Source of the DNA: Candidatus Babeliales bacterium
Lineage (GTDB): Bacteria > Babelota > Babeliae > Babelales > JANWKD01
DNA length: 64,000 nt
Direction: 5' to 3'
Assembly: GCA_963701665.1 (NCBI GenBank)
Contig: OY969622.1
Location: forward strand, 192,001 to 256,000
Part shown: positions 37,780 to 48,596 of the stretch, piece by piece
How the letters are laid out: each line of letters begins with the position of its first letter
How positions within the stretch are numbered: the stretch's first letter is position 1
Notes under the pieces: model-generated
Databases searched by the model: none
What the model was told of the DNA's origin: nothing
Seen by the model: only the letters and a program-made list of their open reading frames with translations
Translations under genes and position numbers: made by a program

Positions 37780-39131
37780 ATTAAACTTTGGAATTCTTGC
37801 CCATCAAATTCTTGAACGCCGTGGTCCACCTGTAGAGTAAGCGTTGATGGCGAATGATTAGCGCGTGCAAAGCTTTCAAATGCGCCCAATGGGTTTGTAT
37901 GCCATCCAACTTTTATAGCAGTGTATCCTGTTGTATTTTCAGGTTTCTCAAATTTATGTCTTTTTTGTTGTAGTATGCCTAAAAGCGTGTGGATGTATGC
38001 TACTTGATTTTGTTGATGATTGATTGAACAGAGCAGAGAAATAAAATTATCAATCTGTCTCATCATTTTTTTTGATTTTTGCGTAGGCAATGCTGTGTCA
38101 TCAATCTTTGCGTCTCTTTGTGCAATGAAAATAGCATTCATATCGCTAAAATCTATCTTGGTTGCATGTTGCTGATTAAGCCCCTTGTTCAAGAAAACAA
38201 TATAGGCTTCTTTTGCTTGATGGAGCAAGTTTGGTGCAGTGATTTGTTCTTTATTGCCAGGATCAATGGCAATAACTAAATGATTTTTTATGGGATTAAT
38301 TTGTTTAAATTCGAAAAATCCTGAGGTATCTGAAAAAACGTTGATGTTGGTTGTGATGCCATTATTTTGAAGATGTGTTCGAAATTCATGAAACAATGAA
38401 CGGCATTCATTATTTTCGCTATATGCTTTATCAAAGCAATATAATCTTTGATGTTGATACCCTCTTTTGCCAAGGATATAGGAAAGCAAATATTCGCTTA
38501 AAAGCAGGCCACTTCCAAAATACTCGCCCGAAAGAGGTTGATGAGCGGTGCACTGATCAGAAGGAAATAATGTTGGTAGTTTTGAAATGACTTTGAGTGT
38601 ACAACCAATTTTATCGTATAAGGTTGCTTTTGTGCACGTACATGTCGCTAGTTGGCGTTCTTCGGCTGGTAGATGAAATTTTTGAAACAATAATTCAACG
38701 CAATAATCTTTAATAGTTTCTTGTATTTCTCGAGAGTCTAGGGTGATGTCTGGATAACGATCGTACAAGGGTACGATTTTTCTGAATTGTTTCTGTGCGA
38801 ATGTTTTATAAAAAATATGTGCTAAAAATAGTTTTGTTGTTTCAGGATCATCTTGAAACAACGGTAATAATCCATTCGCTTTAATTTCTTTTTTTTTGAA
38901 TGATAGGATGTTCTTATCATCAACATCTTCTAGTGCATACTTTTTAAAAGGGGCTTGCGCAACCATAGAGGCGCGCAATTTTTTATAGAGCATATCGACT
39001 GATCGTATGCCCTTGTTATATTCGCAGCAAGTCTTACATTCGGGTTCAGACTCCATGCTTTTAAGTGATGCTGTAAACAATACAATAAGAATTAATACGT
39101 GGGATGCGAAAAGTAGAGGTGTTTTTTTCAT
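37776..39131 (-). CDS. Hypothetical exported protein
   Basis: Signal peptide then ME; 451 aa. Confidence 0.7.
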   Translation of the reverse strand: MKKTPLLFASHVLILIVLFTASLKSMESEPECKTCCEYNKGIRSVDMLYKKLRASMVAQAPFKKYALEDVDDKNILSFKKKEIKANGLLPLFQDDPETTKLFLAHIFYKTFAQKQFRKIVPLYDRYPDITLDSREIQETIKDYCVELLFQKFHLPAEERQLATCTCTKATLYDKIGCTLKVISKLPTLFPSDQCTAHQPLSGEYFGSGLLLSEYLLSYILGKRGYQHQRLYCFDKAYSENNECRSLFHEFRTHLQNNGITTNINVFSDTSGFFEFKQINPIKNHLVIAIDPGNKEQITAPNLLHQAKEAYIVFLNKGLNQQHATKIDFSDMNAIFIAQRDAKIDDTALPTQKSKKMMRQIDNFISLLCSINHQQNQVAYIHTLLGILQQKRHKFEKPENTTGYTAIKVGWHTNPLGAFESFARANHSPSTLTLQVDHGVQEFDGQEFQSLI

Positions 39132-39233
39132 AGAGACTTCGTGTGCTTTAAAAATTGTTATTATTTTTTCTGTGACGTTATTTTAATGCATTCTGAGAAA
39201 TATTCAAAAAATATATTGGTTGAAGAGAGATTT

Positions 39234-40589
39234 TTATTTTATAAAGATGCTACTAATGTAACAATAAATGAAAAGACCAAGAATGTCCATGATTGTTGCT
39301 AAAAAGGGACCGGCTGCGAATGCCGGATCAAAATGTAATTTTTTAAGAATGATAGGTATACCACTACCAAGAACAACTGAAACGAGTACAATGAGTGATA
39401 AAGAAACACTCACCACAATACTTCCTAAAAGTTGCCCATACGTAAAGTAAACGCGCGCAAATGAAAAGAGTCCTAATAAAATTGCCATCATAACAGCCAT
39501 GCCTAATTCGCGTCGTAAAAACCGAGGAATATTTGCTTGATGAATTTCCCCTGAAGCCATACCTTGAATAACTAACGCAGATGTTTGGCTACTTGAATTA
39601 CCGCCAGTACTCGTGAGCATGGTAATGAAAAGTATTAAGAAACCTTCTAAGGTTGCTTCATAATTGCGAATAATCATCGTTGAAAGTGATTGTGCCAGCA
39701 AAAGAATGATGAGTATGTAACTACGTTCATAAAGAATTCTAAAGAAAGGCGTTTCAAAATAGGTTTTGGTAATCGGTACCATCGCAGAAATACGATAAAC
39801 GTCTTCGCTTGCTTCTTGCTCGATAATATTGACCAATGTGTCACTCGGAATGACACCCAGAAAAAAATTATTTTTACCTACGACGGGCACTGTCATTAAT
39901 TGATAGTGAATCATCTCTTTTGCAATTTTTTCTTGATCTTCATCAACATTTGCAATGAGTTCATTTTTGAGCATGAAAGAGCTTAAACGCGCGTTTGGGC
40001 TTTTCAGAACGAGGTCTTCGAGACCTATGTGGCCAACTAATTTGTTTTCATGATTGGTGACATAAATTTGTTGATGGAGATCAAGACGAGGTTTTAGACG
40101 TTGTAAAATATTAATACTTTTTTCAACAGTGAAATCTTCGCGCAGGGTGACGACATCGGTATCCATGATACCGCCGGCAGATTGCGGATCAAATTTAAGG
40201 AGCGAAATAACTTGTTGTCGATCGTGCGCATTTAATAAATCTAAATAATCTTTGAGCTCTTCATTTGATAATGAATCAAAAAGATCGGTCAGTTCATCAA
40301 CGCCAGTGGCATTCAGAATCATGATTTTGTCATGACGATCAAGAATAGAAAGCATGAAAATTTTCATGGCATCTGAAAGATAGGTAAAAACACCAACTTT
40401 AAGACGCTTAGGCAAATGCACAATCAGTTCTTGCGCCTGTTCTCGCTCTATATCAGTTAAAAACTGCGCAATATCCGCCGGATGTATTGATAAAAATTGG
40501 TGCCAGATCGTTTTTGTCTCGGGTGTTTCTTGGCGAATCACCGCTTGCATATTATCCTCAACATGTTTCAAAATCATTTTTGAGTTCAT
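39234..40589 (-). CDS. mgtE: Magnesium transporter MgtE
   Basis: HPADIA, SAGGIM, CBS pair, GGNSSSQ, DPA..AGPF.AT..D. Confidence 0.95.
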   Translation of the reverse strand: MNSKMILKHVEDNMQAVIRQETPETKTIWHQFLSIHPADIAQFLTDIEREQAQELIVHLPKRLKVGVFTYLSDAMKIFMLSILDRHDKIMILNATGVDELTDLFDSLSNEELKDYLDLLNAHDRQQVISLLKFDPQSAGGIMDTDVVTLREDFTVEKSINILQRLKPRLDLHQQIYVTNHENKLVGHIGLEDLVLKSPNARLSSFMLKNELIANVDEDQEKIAKEMIHYQLMTVPVVGKNNFFLGVIPSDTLVNIIEQEASEDVYRISAMVPITKTYFETPFFRILYERSYILIILLLAQSLSTMIIRNYEATLEGFLILFITMLTSTGGNSSSQTSALVIQGMASGEIHQANIPRFLRRELGMAVMMAILLGLFSFARVYFTYGQLLGSIVVSVSLSLIVLVSVVLGSGIPIILKKLHFDPAFAAGPFLATIMDILGLFIYCYISSIFIK

Positions 40590-40902
40590 TATGCATCTCT
40601 TTCAGGTTTGCTGGTTACCTTGTTTCATGATCCTAAAGCATAGTAAAGTGGAGACCTTTTAACATACCAGAATATCTAGTATTGTCCATTTGGGTTAAAA
40701 GTGAGATCGGTCTTTACCCCTACGTTATTTTTCCCCTTTTTGAATTAACATTAATAGGATAATTAAGTGTTACACACTTTGGGGGCTATTTTGCAAGAAA
40801 ATCGTGAAGCAGATAACGAATGTCGCCTTCTCTTACGATTGTTGACAATAGAAAAAAGACGAGCAAAACTATGCGTACGTTTACATAATCTAAGGGGTCT
40901 AC

Positions 40903-41445
40903 ATGAAATATCCAGTATATTTTTCGCTTGTTGTTTTTTGTTTAGTTCATTCTTATAGCCTTGGCATGGATGCAGCACTCGCACTTCTTTATCATCCGTC
41001 ATCAACACAATCAGCATCAAGCCGTTATACATATCAGCCCAATCCTGGCATGGATATTTCATCAGAAAAAATAAAAGAGAATGCGCAACAATTTTTGGAT
41101 CATGTGGATGCTTTTAAAGCCCGCGCAGAAAAAATATTGGATATGGAAAATACTCATCTTTCGAGAGATCAAAGAACATATTTACTAAATTATATGGCTA
41201 GATGCACGAGTATGCGCGTTAGCGTATCTGAAGAGCCGAAATGCGTTTACGAAAAAATATGCCAATTCTCTGCAAGTAGTAACGATGACAATTTTTGGAA
41301 AGAATTAGCGAAAAAGAGAAATATTGATCAGCCGATTTTTTCTAGTCATGAAAAACAAAGATCGGCTTTATATCAATTATTCGAGCAGTTCAAAAAAGAG
41401 CGATTGATCATTGAAGTCCTTAAATCAAATAAATCGGCTCTTTAA
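40903..41445 (+). CDS. Hypothetical exported protein (paralog of next gene)
   Basis: Shared FK..AEK.LDM, VY.K.C.F, FW..L. Confidence 0.7.
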   Translation: MKYPVYFSLVVFCLVHSYSLGMDAALALLYHPSSTQSASSRYTYQPNPGMDISSEKIKENAQQFLDHVDAFKARAEKILDMENTHLSRDQRTYLLNYMARCTSMRVSVSEEPKCVYEKICQFSASSNDDNFWKELAKKRNIDQPIFSSHEKQRSALYQLFEQFKKERLIIEVLKSNKSAL

Positions 41446-41463
41446 CGCTACAAAGGAGTTTAC

Positions 41464-41994
41464 ATGAAATATTTTTTCTATCTTTTTGCTATTCCGTTTT
41501 TTTTGATACATGGTTTGGTAAGTGCGAGTGAGGTTGTTGCCTTCCGGCCTAATGACCTGATAAAGATAGTTGATAATGATGAGCGCCGTGATGCAGCAGT
41601 GTTTATTGCCTGTTTAGATGGATTTAAAAATGTAGCAGAAAAAACATTGGATATGTATAAAGAAGGTCATGAAAAGCTGTCTGATCGAGAAATATTATTT
41701 TTAAAATTTTGTATCGAAGCAAATGATATTGTTCGCTATAAAGTTAATGAACATAGTAATGCTGTCTACAAAAAAGCATGCTCATTTGATTTAAGCTCTC
41801 CCTCTACGATGCTAGGACTAGAGTTTTGGCCTAAATTATTGTGCAAGAAAAAAGTTGATCCACAATTATTTGATGAACAGCTTGCATATGTAGAAAAAAT
41901 GAAAGCTTTTATTGAAGAGTTAATTGCTAAAGGATTAATTTGCCACTACCCACGTACGGTAGGTGGGAAAATCGTATACAAAGCCGCGCTCTAA
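41464..41994 (+). CDS. Hypothetical exported protein (paralog of previous gene)
   Basis: Same shared motifs; AAGGAG RBS. Confidence 0.7.
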   Translation: MKYFFYLFAIPFFLIHGLVSASEVVAFRPNDLIKIVDNDERRDAAVFIACLDGFKNVAEKTLDMYKEGHEKLSDREILFLKFCIEANDIVRYKVNEHSNAVYKKACSFDLSSPSTMLGLEFWPKLLCKKKVDPQLFDEQLAYVEKMKAFIEELIAKGLICHYPRTVGGKIVYKAAL

Positions 41995-42038
41995 TTTTTC
42001 TATTTGACTATAAATTCAGAAATCTTTAATCTGAATAT

Positions 42039-42980
42039 ATGATTAAGGATTTTATTATGATGATTCAAAATACCCCTACTTTACCTATGAACACTGTTTT
42101 TTCAGGTGATGTGCCTCAGCGCATAGACCTGTTTTTGGCCGGCCACCATGGGCAATCCAGAACCTATTTCCAAGAGCTGATTGCGCTCAAGCATGTTTTT
42201 GTTAACGACAGCCCGGTTAAAAAGCCCAGCTTGCTCTTAAAGCAGGGAGACACCGTTGCGGTGCATTTTCCTACGCTAGAAGAGATCAAAGCTCTGAAAA
42301 CGCTCGATCCGGGGCTTAAGATAGAAGTCGTTTTTGAGCATGAAGACTTTTTAGTGATCAATAAACCCGCGCATCTTTCGGTGCACGCGCCTTCACAACA
42401 TACAAACGAGGGTTCATTAGTTGATTGGCTTTTATCGAGGTTTCAAGAGCTTGAGAACGTGGGCAGCCAGGAGCGGCCGGGCATTGTACATCGCCTTGAT
42501 AAAGATACTTCAGGACTTTTATTGGTTGCGCGTAACCGCATTGCTCATGAGCTGTTGAGCGATATGTTCAAGCAGCGTCAGGTTAAAAAGACCTATCACG
42601 CCGTTGTCAAAGGGCATCCTGAAGAAACGGGTGCGATCGATTTCCCTATTGCGCGTGATACCGTGCATCGCATCAAAATGACCCACAAATCCGTTGTTGG
42701 CCGTGACGCGCGTACCGAATATAAAGTTCTACGATATTTTAAAGAGGCGTCGCTGCTGGAATTACGTCCACTGACAGGGCGTACGCATCAGCTGCGCGTG
42801 CATTGTGCTGCACTCGGGTATCCTATTATTGGCGATCGTTTATATGGTTCCTCTTCTAAGCTTGTCGAGCGTCAGGCATTGCATGCTGTTGCATTAGAAT
42901 TTGTATACAAAGGACAACCATACTTTTTTTCTCGGGAAGCACCAGATGATTTTGCGCAGCTCATTGCCCATCTTGAATAA
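42039..42980 (+). CDS. RluA/RluD-family pseudouridine synthase
   Basis: S4 domain, RPGIVHRLDKDTSG, TGRTHQLRVH, GD.LYG. Confidence 0.93.
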   Translation: MIKDFIMMIQNTPTLPMNTVFSGDVPQRIDLFLAGHHGQSRTYFQELIALKHVFVNDSPVKKPSLLLKQGDTVAVHFPTLEEIKALKTLDPGLKIEVVFEHEDFLVINKPAHLSVHAPSQHTNEGSLVDWLLSRFQELENVGSQERPGIVHRLDKDTSGLLLVARNRIAHELLSDMFKQRQVKKTYHAVVKGHPEETGAIDFPIARDTVHRIKMTHKSVVGRDARTEYKVLRYFKEASLLELRPLTGRTHQLRVHCAALGYPIIGDRLYGSSSKLVERQALHAVALEFVYKGQPYFFSREAPDDFAQLIAHLE

Positions 42981-43102
42981 GTAAAAGATTTCTTGATTTT
43001 TTTCAAAACTTGAATAGCATAAGTTCGAAGCTAAGAAGGAATTGTAGTAATGAAGCGGCCGTATTTTTTCTAAAAATAACATTCCTTCTTGAACTTTTTG
43101 GA

Positions 43103-43936
43103 CTATATACAATTCCCTAAAATTTGAATTACCGATTTTAACTCTCTCATGAAGCTTTGATATACGCGCTGCGTTAATCGTTCTTCTTGAATTTTTGGCA
43201 TTGCACTAATCTTAACTTTGAGCGTATCAAACTTTTTCTTGTATTGATCAGTGATTTTTTTGTTTTCAACAATCCAAACATTTTCTTCATTACGTGTTGT
43301 GCCACCGATGGTAGCATTAGCTGATCCAGTAAATACTATTGTTCTTCCTGAAAGTGTGTTATCAAAAACAAAAAATTTGTTATGCATGATCGAATAATAT
43401 TTGCCGCCATACACATGAATTGGGATTCTTAATTTGCGCAATGCTGTTATTTTTTCATAACGGCTGTACGTGCAACTTTTATCGACAATAATTTCTATAG
43501 CAACATTTCGATGGTGAGCTTGTATGAGCGCTTCAACGATATCTTTATCCGTTAATTGATACACGGCGATGCGAATTTTTGTTCGTGGTTTGCTCATATG
43601 GATAAGTCCTATGAGTAACACTTTCACATCTTCATCGGGTACAAAGAAAACCTGTTTTACCCTTTTGCCCGGCACGATCAACTTTTTTTGCGTGTAAGCA
43701 ATGCATTGATCTTGTTGATACCGGTTAGTTTTCTCCTTGCTTAACAGTGGTGGTGAAAAAATGAAAAAAGTAAGTACACTGATGATCGTTGTACGTGTTT
43801 TTTTTCTGATAAGACGCTTTTTTGGCGAGGCAGTGTGTTGAAAAACATAGTAGAATAGGCGCTTCATTTGACACTCCTTTTTTTGAATGGTACAATGAGG
43901 ATGATTATTGAAAAAAATAATTTCAATTCGTGACAA
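43103..43936 (-). CDS. Phospholipase D-family protein with a single HKD motif (Nuc-like)
   Basis: MHNKFFVFD, TGSAN, N.EN. Confidence 0.85.
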   Translation of the reverse strand: MSRIEIIFFNNHPHCTIQKKECQMKRLFYYVFQHTASPKKRLIRKKTRTTIISVLTFFIFSPPLLSKEKTNRYQQDQCIAYTQKKLIVPGKRVKQVFFVPDEDVKVLLIGLIHMSKPRTKIRIAVYQLTDKDIVEALIQAHHRNVAIEIIVDKSCTYSRYEKITALRKLRIPIHVYGGKYYSIMHNKFFVFDNTLSGRTIVFTGSANATIGGTTRNEENVWIVENKKITDQYKKKFDTLKVKISAMPKIQEERLTQRVYQSFMRELKSVIQILGNCI

Positions 43937-43954
43937 TTTGCAGAGGAGTTTTCT

Positions 43955-44713
43955 ATGCTTACTACGTCACCACGTTCTTTATGTATGGCGCTCGCCATAT
44001 TAATTGCTTCCCATGCGTCTCATCTTAATGCACAAACTACATTCTCTGTTGCTGTAACTAATGGCGATCCTGAGCCTACAAGAAATTTTGGAAAAAGAGA
44101 ATCAGATTCATCACGTTTTGTTAGCGCTTGCGCGGTTATTGCTGGTGTGACACTCGCTGGACTTGGCCTTTATGGCTTGGCTCAATATTTTGAAGAAACT
44201 GATGATCATTTTCTACGCACTGCTGAACAACGTTTTGAAACTATGAAGCGGCGCTATGCAGGATTTCATAGATTATCCAATCGCGAGCTTGAAGAACAGA
44301 TTAATGATGTTAATTGGCAGGTAAAATATTATCGCATATTGACGTTCAAGAATACTGTGGAACGCGAAAATGGTGATCTTGCTAATTTCATACAGAAAAT
44401 TGATGATCGCATACGATCGCTCAGAAGAAAACTGAACGATGCGCGCGGCCTTTCATCGTTTGAATATGCTGATCTTTGTTCTATAAAAAAATCTTTAGAA
44501 CGAGTGTATGATGAATGCGCGCGTCTCAATAGCGCACTCGCGACATTATTAAAACGCGTGATTAATCTTCCCGGATACAAGGAAGAAGAGCGTGAAAAAC
44601 TACGTGAAGAGCGAGAACGTCGCCATCAAAAAGAAATGCTCGACGCATTAAAAAAACCTACCTATGTGTACGTTGAAGATCAACGAAGTCCAAGCACATC
44701 CTATTATAGATAA
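43955..44713 (+). CDS. Exported/membrane coiled-coil protein
   Basis: Signal peptide, TM segment, long coiled coil. Confidence 0.65.
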   Translation: MLTTSPRSLCMALAILIASHASHLNAQTTFSVAVTNGDPEPTRNFGKRESDSSRFVSACAVIAGVTLAGLGLYGLAQYFEETDDHFLRTAEQRFETMKRRYAGFHRLSNRELEEQINDVNWQVKYYRILTFKNTVERENGDLANFIQKIDDRIRSLRRKLNDARGLSSFEYADLCSIKKSLERVYDECARLNSALATLLKRVINLPGYKEEEREKLREERERRHQKEMLDALKKPTYVYVEDQRSPSTSYYR

Positions 44714-44720
44714 TAGTTTA

Positions 44721-46115
44721 TTAATCTTTTTTGGCTTTAGATAAGATTATAACGTTTTCTGACTTATCCTCTTCACAGTGATGAATGAGCACGTATTTAT
44801 CGTCAACATTAACGATTGATTTTATCGGATGATTCGAAATACTTACGTTGCCTGGATCATTAAATCCATCCCGCGCATTATATAGTTTTAGTTGGCCTTT
44901 GCTTGTTCCTGCTAGAAGGAGTTCATCATTAAAAGATGTAAGGGATGTCCATTGTTCATCTTTTTCTGATGGGAGTGTAAACAGTGTGAGTGTTCTTGCT
45001 GGTGTTTTATCGAGCTCAAAGCGAACTAGTTTTTTGCCAAGGAGCCCAATTAAATGATCCTGGAAGCATGCAAGGCCTTGAATAGCATCTTCAAGTTCTT
45101 CAATTCGTCTGAGACAGTTGCCTGTTGCTGTGTCCCATTTTTTTAAACTACGATCCCGTGCAGCAGAATAAGCACATTTTTTAAGGGCAAGCAGCGCTGT
45201 AATGGCACCATTGTGTTGTTCAGAAAACTCTTTTTTACTTGACGTTTCTCCAGATTTATCATGAGGCAAATCATGTTTTATTATGACTCCCTTAGGTGTT
45301 CCTTCTAAAATATAGGAAGGAATCTCTTCTTCATTATACGAAGTGAAAAAGGCACATAGAGGCGGTTTTGAATGGGATGAAATTATGCTTATTTTTAGAT
45401 TCTTTAGCGGTGTAATCATGAGCGATTCAGTTTTTAATGTACTGGTAAAGGGGCAAAAAAGAACTGGGCGATCAGGAAAGCCTAAAGTCTTTTGCCATGT
45501 TCCCAGCGCATTTCTTTTTGTTGTATAGCAATCTATTTCACCATTCTGTTTTGCGGCAAATAGATCATGACCTTTCATAGTAACGAGAGTTGATAGTGCT
45601 TGTAATGGAACTTCACTATAAGCTTTTAAATGGTAATCCTCATAAAGATCTTTTTTTTGAGCTTTTTCAGCTTTTTTTAGTCGCGGACTTTGAACTATGT
45701 TAAAATGAAATTCTTTGTTGGTAAATAAAGAACCATCTATTTTTTTAAACTTTTTTTCTTCATGTGAAGGTAGTGCAATCGAGGTTAGTTGGGGATTTTG
45801 TTTCGTTAAGTATAAGCATCGTTCACGATATACGCTTGCCATGGCACCTTCTTTGAAATATTGTTTATAATGATTGACTAATTTTTCATAGAGCATATTG
45901 GCAAGCTCAACCCTATCCAAAGTAATTGCCGTATGGATACAATCTTCGATGCAATCAAATTGTGTGGGCAGAGAACGTTCGTGAATGGCAGAATCTAATA
46001 GTTCTAGTATTGTAGATTCATCTGCTTGATTTTGCATGATAGAGATAACAAATTCGCTAAAACTTGGATCATGAAACATAGTTGAATCATGCAGCAGCTT
46101 TTTTCTTCTTCCCAT
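44721..46115 (-). CDS. WD40-repeat protein (N-terminus probably in the overlapping ORF 46004-46300)
   Basis: H.GAITAL...SAARDRSLKKWD; paralog of 46352-48169. Confidence 0.75.
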   Translation of the reverse strand: MGRRKKLLHDSTMFHDPSFSEFVISIMQNQADESTILELLDSAIHERSLPTQFDCIEDCIHTAITLDRVELANMLYEKLVNHYKQYFKEGAMASVYRERCLYLTKQNPQLTSIALPSHEEKKFKKIDGSLFTNKEFHFNIVQSPRLKKAEKAQKKDLYEDYHLKAYSEVPLQALSTLVTMKGHDLFAAKQNGEIDCYTTKRNALGTWQKTLGFPDRPVLFCPFTSTLKTESLMITPLKNLKISIISSHSKPPLCAFFTSYNEEEIPSYILEGTPKGVIIKHDLPHDKSGETSSKKEFSEQHNGAITALLALKKCAYSAARDRSLKKWDTATGNCLRRIEELEDAIQGLACFQDHLIGLLGKKLVRFELDKTPARTLTLFTLPSEKDEQWTSLTSFNDELLLAGTSKGQLKLYNARDGFNDPGNVSISNHPIKSIVNVDDKYVLIHHCEEDKSENVIILSKAKKD

Positions 46116-46300
46116 GAAAATTCTTCTTTTTCTTTAGCCCCTTTTTTTCTTTGGCCAGGCGCTTCTTCTTTTTCATCCCATGCATAATAAACATTACCAT
46201 CCTCTCCTTCCTCCATGCCAAAAAGATTTATGGTGCCCAGTAGTATTACTGCAAGAGTAAGAAGAATATTTTTTTTCATATAACTTCCTTTTTTGAACAA
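46004..46300 (-). pseudogene. Signal-peptide-bearing N-terminal fragment of the WD40 gene (frameshift)
   Basis: MKKNILL...LFGMEE; overlaps the downstream ORF in the -1 frame across an A6 run. Confidence 0.55.
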
Positions 46301-46351
46301 ATCTATTCATGAAATTCAAATTACTGAATTTTTCCGAGACGATGCAAGACA

Positions 46352-48169
46352 TCACTCGTTTTTTTGCTTTGGCAAAAGCATAAAAAGTGTGAGTTGTTTA
46401 TCTTTATAGGGCAGTTCTTGAAGGGCCATTATTGCGGTGTGATTTTTAGTGAGTTTTGTGATGGGTACATTTCCCCCTAGTGGAATCTCCCGAATATAAT
46501 TGCCACTTTCTGGATTCCAAACAAGTAGAGTTCCATCTTTATGCCCGGTCAATGCATATTGTTTATAACCAACAATGCTTAAGATGGGCATTAGTATTTC
46601 TCTGGTTCTTGTTTTTTTAAATTCCTGAACTATGTTTTTGTCTTTTTTCTCTTTACCTTTATTGTTAGATTTTTTTCCTTCTAGCGTGGATTCTTGCCAT
46701 ATTTCTAAATAACGCTGACGAGATAAAGAGACTAAAAAATTTGGTTGTACCTTCGCAAGTCCATCAAGAGAGCCTACATCGCTTTTGAGTGTTTGAAGAC
46801 ATTGTTCCTTAAGAAAATCCCAAATTTTAATCGATCCATCGCGAGAAGCTGAGGCAAGAAGATGCTGTTTGCCCATACCCGAAGGATTTTTCTTTGTTTC
46901 CCAGCATGGATTGTGTATGGTTCTGTGTAAAGTAACTAACGCTGTGACAGCATCAGTATGCCCAATCAACTTGCGTACTACTTGACCCTTATGATTGTCA
47001 ACAACAATTTTGCCGGATTTTTTGTCCCCTCTTTTTCCTCGGAAATAAAGTGTCATTGGTTGCTCTTCCCCTGCATCCGTCATAACTAAAAACCAACCAA
47101 CTAAGGCAGCCGTTGGAACATATCTAGGTTTTGTTGTAAGAACATGAATTGAAGGGTCCTTTTTCTTTTGAGCTGCCATATGATACCTAACTTTTGCATC
47201 AGTTGGTTTTTTAAGTATTTCAAATTCTTGCTTATTAACATCATGAAAAAAAATTCCTCGTCGAGTGGCAGCAATAAGCTGTGAACTATGTTTCGGTACC
47301 GTATAGCATACGATATCCTGTGGCAGCGTAAGGTGTAGCGGGTCATTTTCCCAAAATTCCTTGGTACGTTCATAATGAGCCTTAAGATCTCTAAGAGATT
47401 TACAAGAACTCTCAAGGAATCTTACCGAACGAGGGGTTTTAGTAGATCTGAGAGTAGCGCTGCTAAATTGTGAAAGGGTTCTATCAAGGGGAAGATAATC
47501 AGATTGCTTGTATTTACTCATAAGATCGCCCAGTTGTTGTTGAGTTTCAGGAGCAACATAAGGAACAATATAAGTATCGAAAATTGTGTTAAGCTCTTTA
47601 ATAAGTTTTTTTCCAATATCCTGCGCTTGAAAGTGTGTTTGATAAATTCTAATTATATTATTCCATAAATAACAAACAATTTTGGAAGAAGCATCAAGAT
47701 TGTTATAAAGAATAGTTATATATTGGTTGATTTGGTCTTGAGGACTTAAGCGAGATAATTGATCAATGAGTCTATTAAATTCATCGTAATATTCTCTAAT
47801 TTTTTTTTCTTGTGCGAGCTTCTCTAAACTTCTTATGAATTCATTAAAATCGGTAATTTCTTTTGTTGGATCCAATAATTCGGTATGCACATCTTCTTCG
47901 GTTAATAACAATGTGCTAACTTTTTTTTTATTTTTTTTACGACTTCTACTTTTTTTACGATTTTTGCGCTCGTCTTCTTCTTCACTTGTAGTAATAGGTT
48001 TTGCTGCTAATTTAAGTGCGTAGGTGATTTTTCTTTGCTCACCAGTGTCTTTATCGGTTTTTATGATTTCTATACTTTTAGTATTCATGCCAAAAAGAAT
48101 AGTGTTAAAAAGAAATGTTAGGATGCATAATCCGGTGAATATTTTTTTTTGTAAAAAAATGGGATTCAT
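46352..48169 (-). CDS. Exported WD40-repeat protein
   Basis: Signal peptide then MN; GHTDAVTAL...LASASRDGSIKIWD; basic patch. Confidence 0.85.
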   Translation of the reverse strand: MNPIFLQKKIFTGLCILTFLFNTILFGMNTKSIEIIKTDKDTGEQRKITYALKLAAKPITTSEEEDERKNRKKSRSRKKNKKKVSTLLLTEEDVHTELLDPTKEITDFNEFIRSLEKLAQEKKIREYYDEFNRLIDQLSRLSPQDQINQYITILYNNLDASSKIVCYLWNNIIRIYQTHFQAQDIGKKLIKELNTIFDTYIVPYVAPETQQQLGDLMSKYKQSDYLPLDRTLSQFSSATLRSTKTPRSVRFLESSCKSLRDLKAHYERTKEFWENDPLHLTLPQDIVCYTVPKHSSQLIAATRRGIFFHDVNKQEFEILKKPTDAKVRYHMAAQKKKDPSIHVLTTKPRYVPTAALVGWFLVMTDAGEEQPMTLYFRGKRGDKKSGKIVVDNHKGQVVRKLIGHTDAVTALVTLHRTIHNPCWETKKNPSGMGKQHLLASASRDGSIKIWDFLKEQCLQTLKSDVGSLDGLAKVQPNFLVSLSRQRYLEIWQESTLEGKKSNNKGKEKKDKNIVQEFKKTRTREILMPILSIVGYKQYALTGHKDGTLLVWNPESGNYIREIPLGGNVPITKLTKNHTAIMALQELPYKDKQLTLFMLLPKQKNE

Positions 48170-48320
48170 GTCGTTGTCCCTATTTTTATGTTTATTTGAA
48201 TACCTTTTAACATTTTCTTAGATGGTAACTCAAGACTTGTGACAGGGACCTTTTGTAAATCTATTTTCAAATTGAGCCCAAGTGCGATACGCTAAAAATA
48301 AATAAAAAGGATAAAATGAT

Positions 48321-48596
48321 ATGAAAAACAGCACCTTTTATACGTTAGTTGCATCGATAAATCTATTTTTTATCTTTTTTTTAGTGTATAAAAATAGTGT
48401 TATGATACAGCTTTCATTTCAAAAACAGACAGCTGAAAAAGAAAAAAAGATGCTTTTAAGTGAAAAAGAACACGTAAGGGCATATCTCTGTGCGTTACAA
48501 AGTAGAACTACCATCCAAGAATATGCGCATAATAACCTTCATATGCAAAAAATCGAACGTAAACAAATGAAAATGTTACCAGTGCAATCAGTATGA
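48321..48596 (+). CDS. FtsL-like cell division protein
   Basis: TM plus coiled coil plus 'I..YA...L.M', overlapping the ftsI start. Confidence 0.6.
   Translation: MKNSTFYTLVASINLFFIFFLVYKNSVMIQLSFQKQTAEKEKKMLLSEKEHVRAYLCALQSRTTIQEYAHNNLHMQKIERKQMKMLPVQSV

Noticed and set aside
43103..43936. PLD nuclease as part of an anti-phage system
   Set aside because: No helicase, methylase or other defence partner adjacent; it has a hydrophobic N-terminal segment
46135..46150. Programmed -1 frameshift at A AAA AAA
   Set aside because: The -1 frame hits TAA two codons later
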